Source: Felis catus
Lineage: Eukaryota
Assembly (NCBI RefSeq): GCF_018350175.1
Contig: NC_058368.1
Coordinates: forward strand, 74,526,001-74,590,000
DNA length: 64,000 nt
Reading direction: 5' to 3'
Below, one piece after another: positions 63,453-64,000 of this stretch (position 1 is the stretch's first letter; every line of letters begins with the position of its first letter). A program made the translations under genes and the position numbers. Under the pieces are notes generated by a model that was not told where the DNA came from, searched no databases, and saw only the letters and a program-made list of their open reading frames with translations.

Positions 63453-63679
63453 GGGGCGCCTGGGTGGCGCAGTCGGTTAAGCATCCGACTTCAGCCAGGT
63501 CACGATCTCGCGGTCCATGAGTTCGAGCCCTGTGTCAGGCTCTGGGCTGATGGCTCAGAGCCTGGAGCCTGTTTCCAATTCTGTGACTCCCTCTCTCTCT
63601 GCCCCTCCCCCATTCATGCTCTGTCTCTCTCTGTCCCAAAAAAACATAAATAAACATTGAAAAAAAATTAAAAAAAAAA
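63453..63679 (+). mobile_element. Young felid Can-SINE nested in the tail of an older SINE
   Basis: TSD tttatttttta at 63442-63452 and 63680-63690. Confidence 0.96.
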
Positions 63680-63690
63680 TTTATTTTTTA

Positions 63691-63779
63691 AGTAATCTCT
63701 ACCCCCAATGTGGGGCTTGAACCCAGAACCCCAAGATCAAGAGTCGCATGTTCTACCCACCGAGCCAGACAGGCATCCC
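63691..63779 (-). mobile_element. Short tRNA-Lys(CTT)-like carnivore SINE lacking the (CT)n domain; its tail continues at 63430-63452
   Basis: Reverse complement ggctcggtgggtagaacatgcgactcttgatcttggggttctgggttcaagccccacattgggggtagagattactt is colinear with tRNA-Lys-CTT plus the agagattactt SINE tail. Confidence 0.85.
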
Positions 63780-64000
63780 AAACTCTCTCTCTCTCTCTCT
63801 TTTTTTTGGTAGTTATTTTGAAAATAGGAGTTTTTTTTTTAATTTAACAAATAAAATTATAAAATTCTAAGATTCTTTTTTTTAATTTTAAGATTTTTAT
63901 GATTTCTTAAGACTCAAAAGTTCTTATGCTATGTTGGCATGCTGAATAACAACAGCAAATTTATTTTTTGGAAAAATAATAACATAAAGGAATTAAAGGA

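Noticed and set aside
63691..63779. Possible tRNA-Lys(CTT) gene
   Set aside because: The acceptor stem and A box are degraded and it carries a SINE-type tail; it is a retroposed copy, not a tRNA gene
1..64000. CRISPR array, prokaryotic operon, NUMT, retroviral gag/pol/env or non-retroviral viral insert
   Set aside because: No regularly spaced repeats with spacers, no long ORFs, and nothing I recognise as mitochondrial or viral coding sequence; a tBLASTx search could still reveal highly decayed remnants

Overview
This is AT-rich mammalian genomic DNA from a carnivore, almost certainly a felid. The evidence is about 28 tRNA-Lys-derived Can-SINE (SINEC) copies, including eight near-identical young cat-type copies, and carnivore L1 3' ends. 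I recognise no intact protein-coding gene, rRNA, functional tRNA, CRISPR array or prokaryote-type system. The ORFs in the track are SINE, L1 or microsatellite read-throughs, or short chance ORFs. The window reads as intergenic or deep-intronic sequence with layered transposons: ancient L2, MIR, HAL1, L1MC/L1MA, MER58A, LTR33, LTR16, MLT1 and MER21, then carnivore L1, then young SINEC. The most noteworthy structures are retrotransposition signatures visible in the sequence: two 5'-inverted (twin-primed) L1 insertions, two SINE pairs with overlapping target-site duplications (TSDs), a poly(A)-only insertion between direct repeats, and nested insertions. There is also one weak candidate exon near 2.1 kb. 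I did not find a convincing new biological system. Subfamily names for ancient repeats come from recalled consensus sequences and need RepeatMasker/Dfam confirmation.
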